Source: Acidobacteriota bacterium
Lineage (GTDB): Bacteria > Acidobacteriota > UBA6911
NCBI GenBank assembly: GCA_016934295.1
Contig: JAFGTD010000101.1
Span: 12,334 to 76,333, forward strand
Length of the DNA: 64,000 nt
Reading direction: 5' to 3'
Every line of letters begins with the position of its first letter. Position 1 is the stretch's first letter. The notes under the pieces are model-generated. The model saw only the letters and a program-made list of their open reading frames with translations, made no database searches and had not been told where the DNA came from. Positions 1-10,430 of this stretch are shown here, piece after piece. Both the position numbers and the translations under genes were made by a program.

Positions 1-723
1 GATCGCCCGCCCGTATTCCGTACCGAAACTGTTGTTCACAACACGGAATTCGGCGACCGATTCCTGCGGAGGCGTAGCGCGCTGAACGCCGCTGATTGAA
101 TTAATAAAGTCGGCACCATCCACGGTAATGATGTTGCTGAATGAACGCTGGCCTCCGAAAGATATCTGTGTAACCTCAAACTCCGTAACCACCGTTCCCA
201 GACTGGTGCGGCCGGAAGCGACACCGGGCGTCAACAGAGCGAAGTCCGTAAAAAGCCGTCCGCTTACCGGGAGGGATTCGATCTGTTCCGTGCCGATTAC
301 CAGACTTATCTCAGTCCGGGTCGGCTCGATCAGGGGCATCTCCTCGGTAACCGTCACCATCTCTTCGGTGCCGGCCACATTCAGTATGATATTGACCGTC
401 GCGGTCTGACCTACTCTCAAATCAATCAGGCTTATGTAATCGGAAAATCCGGGGTATGAAACGGTCATTTCATACTTGCCCGGGGACAAATTCGGCACAA
501 TATAGGATCCGGACTCGTTGGATTCGGCATTGTAAGTCCGGTTGGTGCCGGTATTGCGCACGGCAATCTCAGCCCCTACGATTATCTGTTCACTGGGATC
601 CAGAACGGTCCCGTTAAGCTGAGCGTAACTCAAAGTGGCTTGAGCGACGACTGTTTGAGGAAAAATCACAGCCAATAAAACCGCGCACATGAGTGTAACC
701 AACGCGTATCTGACAGTAGCCAT
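1..723 (-). CDS. TonB-dependent-receptor-like outer-membrane protein, N-terminal part with carboxypeptidase-regulatory-like (CarbD) beta-sandwich domain; gene continues beyond window start (partial)
   Basis: Manual minus-strand translation from ATG at 723-721: MATVRYALVTLMCAVLLAVIFPQTVVAQA (signal peptide) then LNGTVLDPSEQIIVGAEIAVRNTGTNRTYNAESNESGSYIVPNLSPGKYEMTVSYPGFS, the typical CarbD / TonB-receptor N-terminus. Frame stays open to position 1. Confidence 0.55.
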   Translation of the reverse strand, partial: MATVRYALVTLMCAVLLAVIFPQTVVAQATLSYAQLNGTVLDPSEQIIVGAEIAVRNTGTNRTYNAESNESGSYIVPNLSPGKYEMTVSYPGFSDYISLIDLRVGQTATVNIILNVAGTEEMVTVTEEMPLIEPTRTEISLVIGTEQIESLPVSGRLFTDFALLTPGVASGRTSLGTVVTEFEVTQISFGGQRSFSNIITVDGADFINSISGVQRATPPQESVAEFRVVNNSFGTEYGRAI

Positions 724-1004
724 AGACCTCCCTACTACAGGCAATTCCCGGTCTAATGGGAATTTCCTGTATATGGTTTGATTCAAAATAGTTAGATCCA
801 TTTCCCTAACTTGATGCGGCTTTATTATCATTCTACTGATTCCCGGTTTCGCATTGCCGGGAAGGATCGAAAGAACTCTCTCTTAAAAACTTAAATGATT
901 AAAATTTTCGGTATGTTAGACCTTTCTGCAATTCAAGTAAATAAAAAATTTATTTGGGTACGGGGTACAGGCAAAAGCATGGATGGCACAATCGGCCATG
1001 CTCT

Positions 1005-1574
1005 TTATCGGCATGATTCAAAAAGCTTCATGACTTCGGCGTTTGTCCACCCCCCGGAGATCAGTACGGACGGATCCGTGGATGCGGCTAACCGACAGGC
1101 GGATTTTTCGCCTGATTCCCCGAATAGATCGTCCAGGACACCGAACTTCAAAGCCTCTCCCGGACACGTTTCGACGCATGCCGGATTCCTGCCCCGCTCC
1201 ATTCTCTCCAGGCACATGTCGCATTTCTGCATGGCTCCGCTGCTGCCGTACTGGGGCACCCCAAACGGGCAGGCGTCCCCGCACGTCCTGCAGCCGACGC
1301 ATTTTTCAGCATCGACCACGACGATACCGTCTTCGCTCCTTTTCGATATGGCCTCTTCCGGGCACACTTCCATACAGGCAGGGCTTGCGCAATGGGCACA
1401 GGCAAACGAGAAGCTTCGGTTCGTAATATCCGGGAACTCTCCATACCATACGTCCATCACTTTTCTCCACCGCAATCCCTGTTCGACCTCCCTGATGGAT
1501 CCACAGGCCAATTCACAGGCATGGCACTGAACGCATCTGTCTGTGAGAAGGTAGAATCCATATTGTTTTCCCAT
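1005..1574 (-). CDS. 4Fe-4S ferredoxin-type beta subunit of a molybdopterin oxidoreductase (DmsB/PsrB-like)
   Basis: 189 aa with four Cys clusters (CVQCHACELAC, CAHCASPACMEVCP, CVGCRTCGDACP, CDMCLERMERGRNPACVETCP). ATG preceded by AGGAG. Starts 8 nt after the stop of the catalytic subunit gene. Confidence 0.75.
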   Translation of the reverse strand: MGKQYGFYLLTDRCVQCHACELACGSIREVEQGLRWRKVMDVWYGEFPDITNRSFSFACAHCASPACMEVCPEEAISKRSEDGIVVVDAEKCVGCRTCGDACPFGVPQYGSSGAMQKCDMCLERMERGRNPACVETCPGEALKFGVLDDLFGESGEKSACRLAASTDPSVLISGGWTNAEVMKLFESCR

Positions 1575-1582
1575 GGTCGCTC

Positions 1583-3751
1583 CTAAGCTTTTTTCACCTC
1601 GACCAGTGTCTGACTAGACATGGCGGTCGTCAGCGGATCGTATGCTTTGCGCGTATCCACGCTGTACATGCTGTTTGTATTCGCGCCTCCGTCAAGCAGA
1701 GGGAATCCCGGCAATTCAAGCTCTTCACACCCTTGCCACCAACCATGCAAAGCCATGACCGTATCCGGACGAATGCCTTCATTCACTTCCGCTTTGATTT
1801 TCATGCTCCCGTGCGGGGACTCGACCGTCACCCAGTCCCCATCGCTAATCCCGCGCTTCAGGGCCGCATCGGGATGTATCTGCAGCGTGGGATAAGGAAG
1901 CACTTCCCGAAGGCACGGCACGTTTCGAAGCCATCCCGCATTGTAGACTTTGGAAGTATGGAAATCGGAAAACACAAGCGGGTACCGCTCGGCAAGCTTG
2001 GGAGTGCCGGTCAGACTCTCGGGCGGCTCAACCCAGACAGGCAGCGGCTCGAATCCATGCTCTTCAAATGTCGTGTTGTAAATCGCCACTTTCCCCTGGG
2101 GCAGGTAAGGCTCCCGGGAGAGGCGGGTGCTGGAACGCGCGAATACCTTTGTATACTTTTCATATACCCGGGGCTTCAAAGGGTAAATAATCCCGGTCGG
2201 GTATTCTCTCAGCTCTTCCATCGTCAACCGAAGGGGCTGAAGCAGGTCATTCATACATGCCTCGATACTGCCGTTCCAGAAATCCTCCCCGTATCCCATT
2301 CTGACGGCCAGGTCGAACCAGAACTCGTAATCCGATTTATAGTCTCCGAGCGGCTCTATGACTTTCCTGCGCGCCATAATCCAGTTGGGGCTGAATTCGA
2401 AAGGGTGATCGGTTTCATACATCGTAGCCACCGGAATCACGATATCGGCATACCGCATATCGGCCGTTTGCATCACATCGACGACAACGTAGAAATCCAG
2501 CTTTTCAAGGGCTTTCAGAACATTGTATGTCCCGCGGGTACTGACTGCAGGCTGTGTTCCCGGCGCAATAATGGTTCTCACCGGGTAGGGCTTCTCCGTT
2601 AGAACGCTTTCGATAATCCGGTAATACGCGGACGACGTTCCCTCCATCCAGGGCTGAAAAGGCTTCGGGAACTCGGGGCCGACCAGTTTCTCCACCCACT
2701 CCGAAGTATACCTGTCCTTCAGGCTCGGACTTTTCGGCCACGGCATGCTGCCGCCTGTCGGGAAAATATCTCCGCCCGGGCGATCCAGATTCCCTGTAAT
2801 CGCCATCAGAATTGCGATAGCCCGCACGGCGTCATTTGAAGAGGGTGCATGTTCCAGCCCGTTCCCGTGATCGATACATGCCGGCTTTGTCGTCGCATAC
2901 AGGCGCGCAAAATCGACAATCTGCTTTTCTGCAATTCCCGTGATCCGCTCCGCCCACGCAGGCGTATATGTCCGGATGTGTTCCGCCAGCCTTTCAAATC
3001 CATACGTCCACCGGGCGACAAACGCATCGTCATAAAGATTCTCTTTAATGACAACGTGAAGAACTGCCAGTGCTAACGCCGCATCCGTCCCCGGACGGAT
3101 GGGAATCCAGAGGTCGGAAAACGCAACATCCGGTTCCATTGTGGGCTTGACGGCAACAATCCTGGCGCCGCGGTCTCTGGCATCCAGCATATCCTTCAGA
3201 TTGCTCCGCGGGCTTCCGGAATAAACAGGCTGTTTTCCCCAGATCACTATAAGGTTGCTTCGGGCAATATCCGGAATCGGAGTTGCGCCCAGGGTGTAGG
3301 AAAAGGCAAAAGCTTTCTGCATGGCGCAAATCCCGCTGTGGCCGTAATTCGGGCTTCCGTGCGCCACCAGAAACCGGTTCATGAAATCGCTGTAGGATCG
3401 CCGGGCCGGGGAAAGAACGGCCAGGGATTCCGGACCGTATTTTTCCTTCTGTTCTTTTAATTTGTCGGCCACTACATCCAATGCATGGTTCCATGAAATC
3501 CGCTCGAATTTGCCTTCGCCTTTTTTGCCCGCTTGTATGAGAGGGTATTTCAGCCGATCCGGGGAATATACCCACTGGGGTGCGGCGTAGGCTTTAGCGC
3601 AGAGCCGGCCCTTGTTCAGCGGAGATTCCTTCATCCCCTCGACGCTTATCAATCTTCCGTCCCGAACATGGGCGTAAATACCGCACCCCGGCCCGGGACC
3701 GCACATGGCGCAAAAAGCGGGAATCGCTTTCTCATCCGAACTCGGTTTCAC
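1583..3751 (-). CDS. molybdopterin (bis-MGD) oxidoreductase catalytic subunit, DMSO-reductase superfamily, no Tat signal (cytoplasmic type)
   Basis: 722 aa. N-terminal FeS-0 motif CAMCGPGPGCG...C. Length and general similarity to MopB-family enzymes. GTG start with GGAGGA RBS. No RR Tat motif at N-terminus. Confidence 0.8.
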   Translation of the reverse strand: MKPSSDEKAIPAFCAMCGPGPGCGIYAHVRDGRLISVEGMKESPLNKGRLCAKAYAAPQWVYSPDRLKYPLIQAGKKGEGKFERISWNHALDVVADKLKEQKEKYGPESLAVLSPARRSYSDFMNRFLVAHGSPNYGHSGICAMQKAFAFSYTLGATPIPDIARSNLIVIWGKQPVYSGSPRSNLKDMLDARDRGARIVAVKPTMEPDVAFSDLWIPIRPGTDAALALAVLHVVIKENLYDDAFVARWTYGFERLAEHIRTYTPAWAERITGIAEKQIVDFARLYATTKPACIDHGNGLEHAPSSNDAVRAIAILMAITGNLDRPGGDIFPTGGSMPWPKSPSLKDRYTSEWVEKLVGPEFPKPFQPWMEGTSSAYYRIIESVLTEKPYPVRTIIAPGTQPAVSTRGTYNVLKALEKLDFYVVVDVMQTADMRYADIVIPVATMYETDHPFEFSPNWIMARRKVIEPLGDYKSDYEFWFDLAVRMGYGEDFWNGSIEACMNDLLQPLRLTMEELREYPTGIIYPLKPRVYEKYTKVFARSSTRLSREPYLPQGKVAIYNTTFEEHGFEPLPVWVEPPESLTGTPKLAERYPLVFSDFHTSKVYNAGWLRNVPCLREVLPYPTLQIHPDAALKRGISDGDWVTVESPHGSMKIKAEVNEGIRPDTVMALHGWWQGCEELELPGFPLLDGGANTNSMYSVDTRKAYDPLTTAMSSQTLVEVKKA

Positions 3752-3798
3752 TGTTCATCCTCCATCCGAGTTTCTAGTAGAACTGTTCGAAGAGCAGG

Positions 3799-5067
3799 CT
3801 AGTAATTATATCGGATCCACTTGACAATCTGGGACCATTTCGGCTTCGTTCCGGTCCGAAGGATGCCTACACGGTAGATTTTACCGGCCAATTTAAAAAT
3901 TATGCAGACCGTAGCGACATTAATGCAGAAAGATAGAATTATCTTCCATACAGCCACATCCGCGACGGTCATTTTTACCGGCATGATCATAATCGATGCA
4001 AACGGCAGAAGGGAGGCGACATTAACCACCGGATTGTCCGGATTATTGAACATGGAAAAAGTCATAAAGAACGGGATCATGATCAGAAGCAGCAGCGGCC
4101 ACACTCCCGATTGTGCATCCTGTTGATTGTCGAAAATGGAACCGACCGCAGCATACAGGCCGACAAAGGTTAGGAGTCCAATGAAGTAATTCAACAGGAA
4201 ATAGAGCAGCAGCCCCGGGCTGACATCGATCGATATCTGGGGTGGCAGTGCAAACCAGGTGGTGGATGCCAGCATAAGGATGGGAGACAGCCAGATCGCC
4301 ATTTGAATAACTCCGGTTATCGATACTCCAAGAATTTTCCCGGCAAGCAATTCCCGGCTGTGCACGGAAGAGAGAAGAATTTCCGATATGCGGCCCGTTT
4401 TTTCGTCCATAACGGTCTGCATCGTCATGGTGCCGATCATGATCAGGCTCAGGTAGAGAAAAAAGGCAAAAATATACGCCAGTATTGTGTTTCCCATCCC
4501 GGTCTCTTCCACCGCTTTCTCTTCCGTCACTTTGAATGTTTTTACATCCACATTCATCCGTGCGTAATTCAAATCTTCATCGGCGATATTTCTTTCCCTG
4601 AAATAAACATCCATTAGGCAGGCGTTTACAAGGCCGGATACTTTTGAAGTGACGGCAAATGCCTTGGGCGTTTTGGAATAATATTCGATAGATTTATCAT
4701 TAATGGCGGACTCGGGTATAAAAACGATGCCGTCGATTTTCCCGGCGCTCAGCGACTTGTTTTTTTCTTCAATATAACCATCCACCTGTGCCCGGGACAT
4801 ATGCCTGTACGACAAAGAGTATTTGGCTTCTTCAATGGATTTGTTTTGCGAGAAGGCGGTCTGCAGTTCTTTCAACAGCGACGGAGATTCCACGATGATT
4901 TCCAATACCGTATTTTTATCGCCCTGAAACTGCATAATCACGCCCTGAACAACGATGATTCCGAGCATGAACAGAGGGATAAGGAATGTCGTTAAAAGAA
5001 ACGACTTGGAAAACAGCTTTTCCTTGAGTTCCCTTTTGACAACGGCAACGATTCTATAATTGATCAT
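3799..5067 (-). CDS. ABC-2 family exporter permease (NatB-like)
   Basis: Multi-TM protein with large extracytoplasmic loop after TM1, typical of ABC-2 permeases. Start is probably the internal Met (MINYRIVAVVKRELK...) immediately after the ATPase gene; the longer ORF reaches 5112. Confidence 0.65.
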   Translation of the reverse strand: MINYRIVAVVKRELKEKLFSKSFLLTTFLIPLFMLGIIVVQGVIMQFQGDKNTVLEIIVESPSLLKELQTAFSQNKSIEEAKYSLSYRHMSRAQVDGYIEEKNKSLSAGKIDGIVFIPESAINDKSIEYYSKTPKAFAVTSKVSGLVNACLMDVYFRERNIADEDLNYARMNVDVKTFKVTEEKAVEETGMGNTILAYIFAFFLYLSLIMIGTMTMQTVMDEKTGRISEILLSSVHSRELLAGKILGVSITGVIQMAIWLSPILMLASTTWFALPPQISIDVSPGLLLYFLLNYFIGLLTFVGLYAAVGSIFDNQQDAQSGVWPLLLLIMIPFFMTFSMFNNPDNPVVNVASLLPFASIMIMPVKMTVADVAVWKIILSFCINVATVCIIFKLAGKIYRVGILRTGTKPKWSQIVKWIRYNY

Positions 5068-5995
5068 GGTGCACCTTGTCGACGACGGATGTGTCGGCCT
5101 CACTGCCTGCAAGTTCTATGAATATTTCATGAAGGGATATTTCATTGGCATTGAACTTTGTAACTCCGACATTATGGTCCACCAGGAGCTTCAGCAGTGT
5201 CTGAATATCCTCCGGCTTTTTCACCCTGATGCCCTTGGAGTTCCCGAAGTCCGATATCTTTTCAACTATAGGGTGACCGTTCAGGAACGAGATATCCCCC
5301 GTATGTTCCAGGCTGATGTTCTGCCGGGAATATTTGGACTTAATATCCTGGAGGGAGCCCTTCAAAATGATTTTCCCGTGATCGATCATTGCAATGTGAT
5401 CGCACAGCTTCTCGGCGAAATCCATCAGGTGCGTCGAAAACAGAATGACTTTGCCCTTTCTTTTCATTTCCAGGATGATTTCTTTCAGAAGGTTGGTATT
5501 GATGGGATCCATGCCCGAGAAGGGCTCGTCCAGGATTATGAAATCCGGATCGTGCAGGACCGTAATAATAAATTGGATTTTCTGCTGATTCCCCTTGGAC
5601 AGATCTTCCAGTTTCGACATTTTCCTGTCGAGCAGATCGAACCGCTCCAGGTATTCTTCCGCGCTGCGATGGATTTCTTTGCCGGTTTTGCCCTTGATTT
5701 CCGCAAAGTACAGGAGCGTATCCAGCACCCTCATTCGCTTGTACAGCCCACGCTCCTCCGGCAAGTACCCGGATTTGCTTCGAAACTCCTGCCCGATGGG
5801 ATTGCCCCTTAACTTTACCTCCCCCCTGTCCGGCATATATATATTCATCAACAATCTGAGAGTGGTTGTTTTTCCGGCGCCGTTCCTGCCTATCAGGCCG
5901 AATATGCATCCGTCAGGCACTTCGAAAGATGCGTCATCCACAGCCGTGATGGTGTTAAAAGTTTTCGTCAGGTGAATCACTTCAAGAGCATTCAT
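5054..5995 (-). CDS. ABC transporter ATP-binding protein (NatA-like)
   Basis: Walker A GRNGAGKTT, signature LSKGNQQK, Walker B ILDEP, H-loop. Likely start at MNALEVIHLTKTF (5995); the ORF-track start at 6148 lacks an RBS. Confidence 0.8.
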   Translation of the reverse strand: MNALEVIHLTKTFNTITAVDDASFEVPDGCIFGLIGRNGAGKTTTLRLLMNIYMPDRGEVKLRGNPIGQEFRSKSGYLPEERGLYKRMRVLDTLLYFAEIKGKTGKEIHRSAEEYLERFDLLDRKMSKLEDLSKGNQQKIQFIITVLHDPDFIILDEPFSGMDPINTNLLKEIILEMKRKGKVILFSTHLMDFAEKLCDHIAMIDHGKIILKGSLQDIKSKYSRQNISLEHTGDISFLNGHPIVEKISDFGNSKGIRVKKPEDIQTLLKLLVDHNVGVTKFNANEISLHEIFIELAGSEADTSVVDKVHHDQL

Positions 5996-6212
5996 AAATC
6001 CCTCTAGGAAAACGGTATCGCGAATCGAACAATCCTGCAGACGGCCGCAAACGAATTCCGCCGATTCATACAGGCGGACATTTCTTAATGAATTCTGCAC
6101 TTCCACCCAATACGGGAACAATTGCTGAATAGTTTCAGTCGAGCGCAATTATTGAAGATATTTTCGTCAGATACCTGTTCCACGGCAATACCTGCATGGG
6201 GAATGTATTTCT

Positions 6213-7319
6213 TTAGAATTCAAGGTCCAGCCCGGGGGCATTCAATTCGTCACACAGTGCCTGCAGGGATTTTTGAACCGCGGGCGGTATTTCTACTCCG
6301 TCCCGTGCTACACGGACTTCATTCCCGTAGGCTTTTTCTCCCGGAGTGTATATCTTTTCTTCCCCGGGAATTTTTCCGGACTCGCGCAGTTCCCTTAGAA
6401 TTTTCCCGGTCGTTTCCCGGAATTGCTTCTGCGGCAGGAAATGGTCGATATTGATTGCCAGAAAAAAATGCCCGATGCGTGAAGGCTGCGGATTCCCGGA
6501 CTTGTCCGAATCGTGCAATTCCGAGAGGAAGGCTCCATTCTGGAAGGCGGCCGAAAAAATCTCGACCGCGGCCGCAAGACCGTACCCTTTATGCCCGCCC
6601 ATCTGTTCTCCGCCGCCGCCAAGCGGCAACAGTGCGGCGTTGCCCCTGTCGATCTCTTCAATCAACCGGCTGCTTTCGGCAGGAAAGGACCCATCCTTCC
6701 CAATAACCCATCCCGGCGGAATGGTTTCTCCGTTGCGGGCGGCCACTTCAAGCCTGCCTCTCGGAACAACCGACGTAGCGGCATCAAAGGTAAATGCAAA
6801 AGCTTCATCGCTTGGTGCGCTGATCGCTATCGGATTCGTGCCCAGTAGAGGTTCCGATCCGAATGTCGGGGCTACGGATGGATGGGCATTGGAGAGGCTC
6901 ATCCCCAACATCCCCTCGTCCGCCGCCATCCGGGTGTAATAACCGGCGACCCCGTAATGACTGGAATTCCTGACGGCAACCGCCCCCAGTCCATTTGCCC
7001 GGGCCTTTCCAATGGCCGTCTTCATCGCGTGGTAACCGGCCACCATGCCCATCCCGTTGCCGCCGTCCATGACCGCGGTCGTCGGCGTTTCATGCACGAG
7101 AACCCAGTGCGTAACGGGCAGCTGCAGACCGGCCTTGATCCGGTCATAGTACATTTTAAGGTGGGCGATCCCGTGCGAGCGAACTCCGTAGAGGTCCGAT
7201 GCAAGAAGAACATCCGCGACAATAATCGCATCCTCACGGGGCACGCCCATTTTAACAAGAGCCCCGATCATGAATTCCGTCAACCGTTTTGCCGGCACGT
7301 ATACGCTTCCATCAGCCAT
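6213..7319 (-). CDS. Ldh_2 family (malate / L-sulfolactate / 2-hydroxyacid) NAD(P)H-dependent dehydrogenase
   Basis: 368 aa. Conserved Ldh_2 motifs (SHGIAHL, AVRNSSHYGVAGYY, GTNPIAISAP). ATG at 7319. Confidence 0.8.
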   Translation of the reverse strand: MADGSVYVPAKRLTEFMIGALVKMGVPREDAIIVADVLLASDLYGVRSHGIAHLKMYYDRIKAGLQLPVTHWVLVHETPTTAVMDGGNGMGMVAGYHAMKTAIGKARANGLGAVAVRNSSHYGVAGYYTRMAADEGMLGMSLSNAHPSVAPTFGSEPLLGTNPIAISAPSDEAFAFTFDAATSVVPRGRLEVAARNGETIPPGWVIGKDGSFPAESSRLIEEIDRGNAALLPLGGGGEQMGGHKGYGLAAAVEIFSAAFQNGAFLSELHDSDKSGNPQPSRIGHFFLAINIDHFLPQKQFRETTGKILRELRESGKIPGEEKIYTPGEKAYGNEVRVARDGVEIPPAVQKSLQALCDELNAPGLDLEF

Positions 7320-7338
7320 AAATTAATTTCCCTAAAAC

Positions 7339-7370
7339 AAATTGGCGCCGATCCGGCCTGTCGCCAATTT
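7339..7370 (-). terminator. stem-loop AAATTGGCG-N14-CGCCAATTT between the glcD-like and Ldh_2 genes (possible attenuator/terminator)
   Basis: Perfect 9-bp inverted repeat seen directly. On the minus strand it is followed by GTTTTAGGG, a weak U-tract. It overlaps the stop codon of the upstream gene. Confidence 0.3.
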
Positions 7371-8751
7371 AATCTTCAAACATTTTGCCCGGATTTAGAA
7401 TATTAAGCGGATCCAGCGCATGCTTGATGCGCCGCTGGACATCCACGGACACCGTTCCCAGCGCATGCTCGAAATACGGGCGCTTGAGAACTCCGACGCC
7501 ATGCTCGCCCGAAAGGGTTCCTCCCACAGAAAGCGCCGCTTCAAAAATCTCACCCATCATCCTTTGGACCTTGGACCACTGCTCCGGGTTTCTTTTATCA
7601 AAAAGAATATTCGGATGCAGGTTTCCATCCCCGGCATGACCGAATATCGCAATCGGGAGACCGTGTTTGGCGCTGATTCCGCGCAGCCGCTCCACAACCT
7701 CCGGGATCGCACTGCGCGGTACCGTGATGTCTTCGCCAAGCTTGTTCGGAGCTTTGCGCGCCAACGATGACCCGACGGAACGGCGCGCTTTCCATAATCC
7801 GTCCCTTTCCTCCCCGGTTTTCGCTACCTTGACCGTCCGGGCGCCGCTCTCCCTGCAGATCCGCCCTATGGCGTCTATTTCCCGAACCACGGTGGATTCG
7901 TCGGACCCGTCCGTTTCTATTATCAGAACAGCTTCGACATCCGTCGCCAGGCCCAGGTGCATGGCTTCCTCGATACAGACAATGGCCGTCTGATCCACAA
8001 GCTCCAGGGTGGCCGGTACGATCCCTTCGGCCAGGATAGCATTCACCGTATGGGACGCGTTTGCCAGAGAATCAAATTCGGCAAGGGCGGTTCTGACTTG
8101 AGTGGGTCGGGCAACCAGGCGGAGTAGCGCCTCCGTGATCAGGCCGAGCGTTCCCTCCGATGAGGCGAACATGGAAGTCAGGTTGTACCCGGTCACATCC
8201 TTGATCGGTTTGCCGCCGGTCTTTAAAATTCTGCCGTCCGCAAGCACAACGGTCAGTCCCAGTAAATAATTGCTTGTAACCCCATATTTCAAACACCGCG
8301 GACCGCCCGCGTTACAGGCGATATTTCCGCCGATTGTGGAATGCCGGATACTCGAAGGGTCGGGAGGGTAAAAAAGACCCTGCTTCTCGACTTCCGCCTG
8401 CAGATCGGCGGTGACGACTCCCGCCTCAGCCTGGACGGTTGCGTTTTGTGCATCTATCTCCAGGATTCTGTTCATCCGGGTGAAGCATATTACAATACTC
8501 TCGCTGTTGATCGGGACCGATCCCGCGGCCAGCCCCGACCCCATCCCGCGGGCAACCAGCGGAATGCGGGCCTCGGCGGCCAGCTTCACTATTTCGCTTG
8601 TCTGACCGGTCGTTTCCGGGAGAACAACCGCCCTGGGAACGCCTTCGGCAAACGTACCGTCGTAGCTGTATACGGCAAGGTCTTCCGGAGTGCAGAGAAC
8701 GCCGTCATAACCCAAAATCTTTGCTAGTTTTTCAATCATTCTGCCGTCCAT
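7369..8751 (-). CDS. FAD-linked oxidase, GlcD / D-lactate dehydrogenase family
   Basis: FAD-binding PCMH domain plus C-terminal FAD-oxidase domain. Start probably MDGRMIEKL, preceded by a G-rich RBS; the ORF track extends to 8772. Overlaps the upstream FeS subunit gene, suggesting translational coupling. Confidence 0.8.
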   Translation of the reverse strand: MDGRMIEKLAKILGYDGVLCTPEDLAVYSYDGTFAEGVPRAVVLPETTGQTSEIVKLAAEARIPLVARGMGSGLAAGSVPINSESIVICFTRMNRILEIDAQNATVQAEAGVVTADLQAEVEKQGLFYPPDPSSIRHSTIGGNIACNAGGPRCLKYGVTSNYLLGLTVVLADGRILKTGGKPIKDVTGYNLTSMFASSEGTLGLITEALLRLVARPTQVRTALAEFDSLANASHTVNAILAEGIVPATLELVDQTAIVCIEEAMHLGLATDVEAVLIIETDGSDESTVVREIDAIGRICRESGARTVKVAKTGEERDGLWKARRSVGSSLARKAPNKLGEDITVPRSAIPEVVERLRGISAKHGLPIAIFGHAGDGNLHPNILFDKRNPEQWSKVQRMMGEIFEAALSVGGTLSGEHGVGVLKRPYFEHALGTVSVDVQRRIKHALDPLNILNPGKMFED

Positions 8752-10012
8752 CCCCACCCCCGTATGCTTCATCCAATAAAGTAACCGGGTGCACGACGCG
8801 CGCCGGTGTTCCGCGCCGCTGCAGGCCGGTTTTCAGCTGCATCCGGCATCCGGGACATCCTGAAGCGATAATGTCCGCTTCCGTTTCCTCAATATTATCA
8901 AGCTTCCTGTCGAGCACCTTCCGGGAAGTGTCATAATGCGTAATCAGCTGGCTCCCTGCAGAGCCGCAGCACCAGTCGGCTTCCGGCATCTCGACAAATT
9001 CCAGGCCGTCTATAAGAGATAAAAGCTTCCTCGGCTCTTTCCACACCTTCTGAGCACGACGAAGGTGACAGGGATCGTGATACGTTACCCTGGCTTCAAT
9101 GCGGCCGGTCGGTTTTTTCAGGGGAATCCCCGCAAGGAATTCGCTTACATCGCGCACTTTACTCCGAAATGCAGCCGCACGATCGGCCCATTCAGGATCC
9201 CGGGCAAAAAGAGAATCATATTCTTTTAAAGTCGAACCGCATGTGGCGCAGTCGGCCACGATCACATCAACATTGAAGCGTTCGAAAACAGCGATATTCT
9301 GTCGTGCCTGGCTCAGCACCAGATCCATGCGTCCGTAGCCGCGAGCAGGCATCCCGCAGCATTCGATATCTTTTGGCGTTATAACGGTGCATCCATTGCG
9401 GGCCAGCACACGCAGGGTTGCGGCGCTCTGTTCCGCAAAAAGCAGGCTCTGCGCACAACCGAGAAAAAACCCAATGCGATATCGTGTCTCGCCATGCGCC
9501 TCGGTTATTTCCGGCAGGACCCGTCGCAACGGCCTCTGCGGAATCCTCGGCAGCATCGCTTCAAGGTCCCGTATTCGATCCGGCAGCAGGCGGTTGAGTC
9601 GTAAAAAGTAAACCAGGCGTCGAATCCCCAGTTTCTCATACAATCGCAACGGCAGCATTGCAAGCTCCAGACGCCCTGCTTTCGACAGCAATCCTTTGAA
9701 AATTACCTCTTTCCACTTTTTCGGCTGCCGCTGCTCCTGGACGTACCGCATTGAAAGTGCGAGGTTTGCGGGCTGGATACCGACGGGACAGATATCATTA
9801 CAGGCCATGCAGGCGAAACAGCCGTACATCTCTTCGATGAGGTTCGGAGAAAGATCCAGTTTCCCTTCCAAACCTTTGCGAGTGAGAGCAACACGCCCCC
9901 GTGGGGAAGCGGTTTCTTTGAGATATTCGCGATACGTCGGACAGACCGCCAGGCATAATCCGCAGCGGATACAGTTGAGATATGTGGATTCTTCCGGCTT
10001 TTCTAGTTCCAA
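8732..10012 (-). CDS. FeS oxidoreductase with two 4Fe-4S motifs and two CCG (HdrD/GlcF-like) domains; partner of the FAD oxidase
   Basis: CIRCGLCLAVCP and CFACMACNDICP ferredoxin motifs. C-terminal Cys-rich CCG repeats (CCGMPA, CCGSAG). TTG start. Confidence 0.75.
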   Translation of the reverse strand: MELEKPEESTYLNCIRCGLCLAVCPTYREYLKETASPRGRVALTRKGLEGKLDLSPNLIEEMYGCFACMACNDICPVGIQPANLALSMRYVQEQRQPKKWKEVIFKGLLSKAGRLELAMLPLRLYEKLGIRRLVYFLRLNRLLPDRIRDLEAMLPRIPQRPLRRVLPEITEAHGETRYRIGFFLGCAQSLLFAEQSAATLRVLARNGCTVITPKDIECCGMPARGYGRMDLVLSQARQNIAVFERFNVDVIVADCATCGSTLKEYDSLFARDPEWADRAAAFRSKVRDVSEFLAGIPLKKPTGRIEARVTYHDPCHLRRAQKVWKEPRKLLSLIDGLEFVEMPEADWCCGSAGSQLITHYDTSRKVLDRKLDNIEETEADIIASGCPGCRMQLKTGLQRRGTPARVVHPVTLLDEAYGGGDGRQND

Positions 10013-10430
10013 AACAATTAATCCTGATACCGGTTAAACCGGTTTTCGAATCGATACATGTATCTGTTGCCCGCAATAATCATGCATCATGATACAAGAA
10101 GCCATTAGTCGGAAGCCAGAAGATCAACAATACCTCCCAAAAACAATAAACATGGACACCCATTGTTTTTGGGCTGTAAAAAGCAATCCTCAAAAATGTG
10201 GACATCCCCGTTTTATTTTCTGTATCTTTTTTATTTTCATATTTTTATGGGAATCGAAGGCTAATAGTCCTTATTCGGTTGAATTATGGGTGTCCAGAAT
10301 TTTTTTATGAAAAATCATACTCTATTTCATTTGATGGAATCTTTTTTCGTAAGGTGAAATATATTTCTTTAAAAGCAGGTTCATTTGGCAACTATCTGGA
10401 TCTGGATATTATTTGCCTATTCGAAAGTGA

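Noticed and set aside
895-1530. Plus-strand 211-aa ORF (and similar long antisense ORFs at 1733-2602, 16231-17010, 22632-23807, 25830-27197, 27315-28352, 34830-35879, 48875-50326)
   Set aside because: They lie antisense to well-supported genes with clear family motifs. They are Pro/Arg/Ser/Gly-rich low-complexity translations typical of high-GC antisense frames, and they have no RBS.
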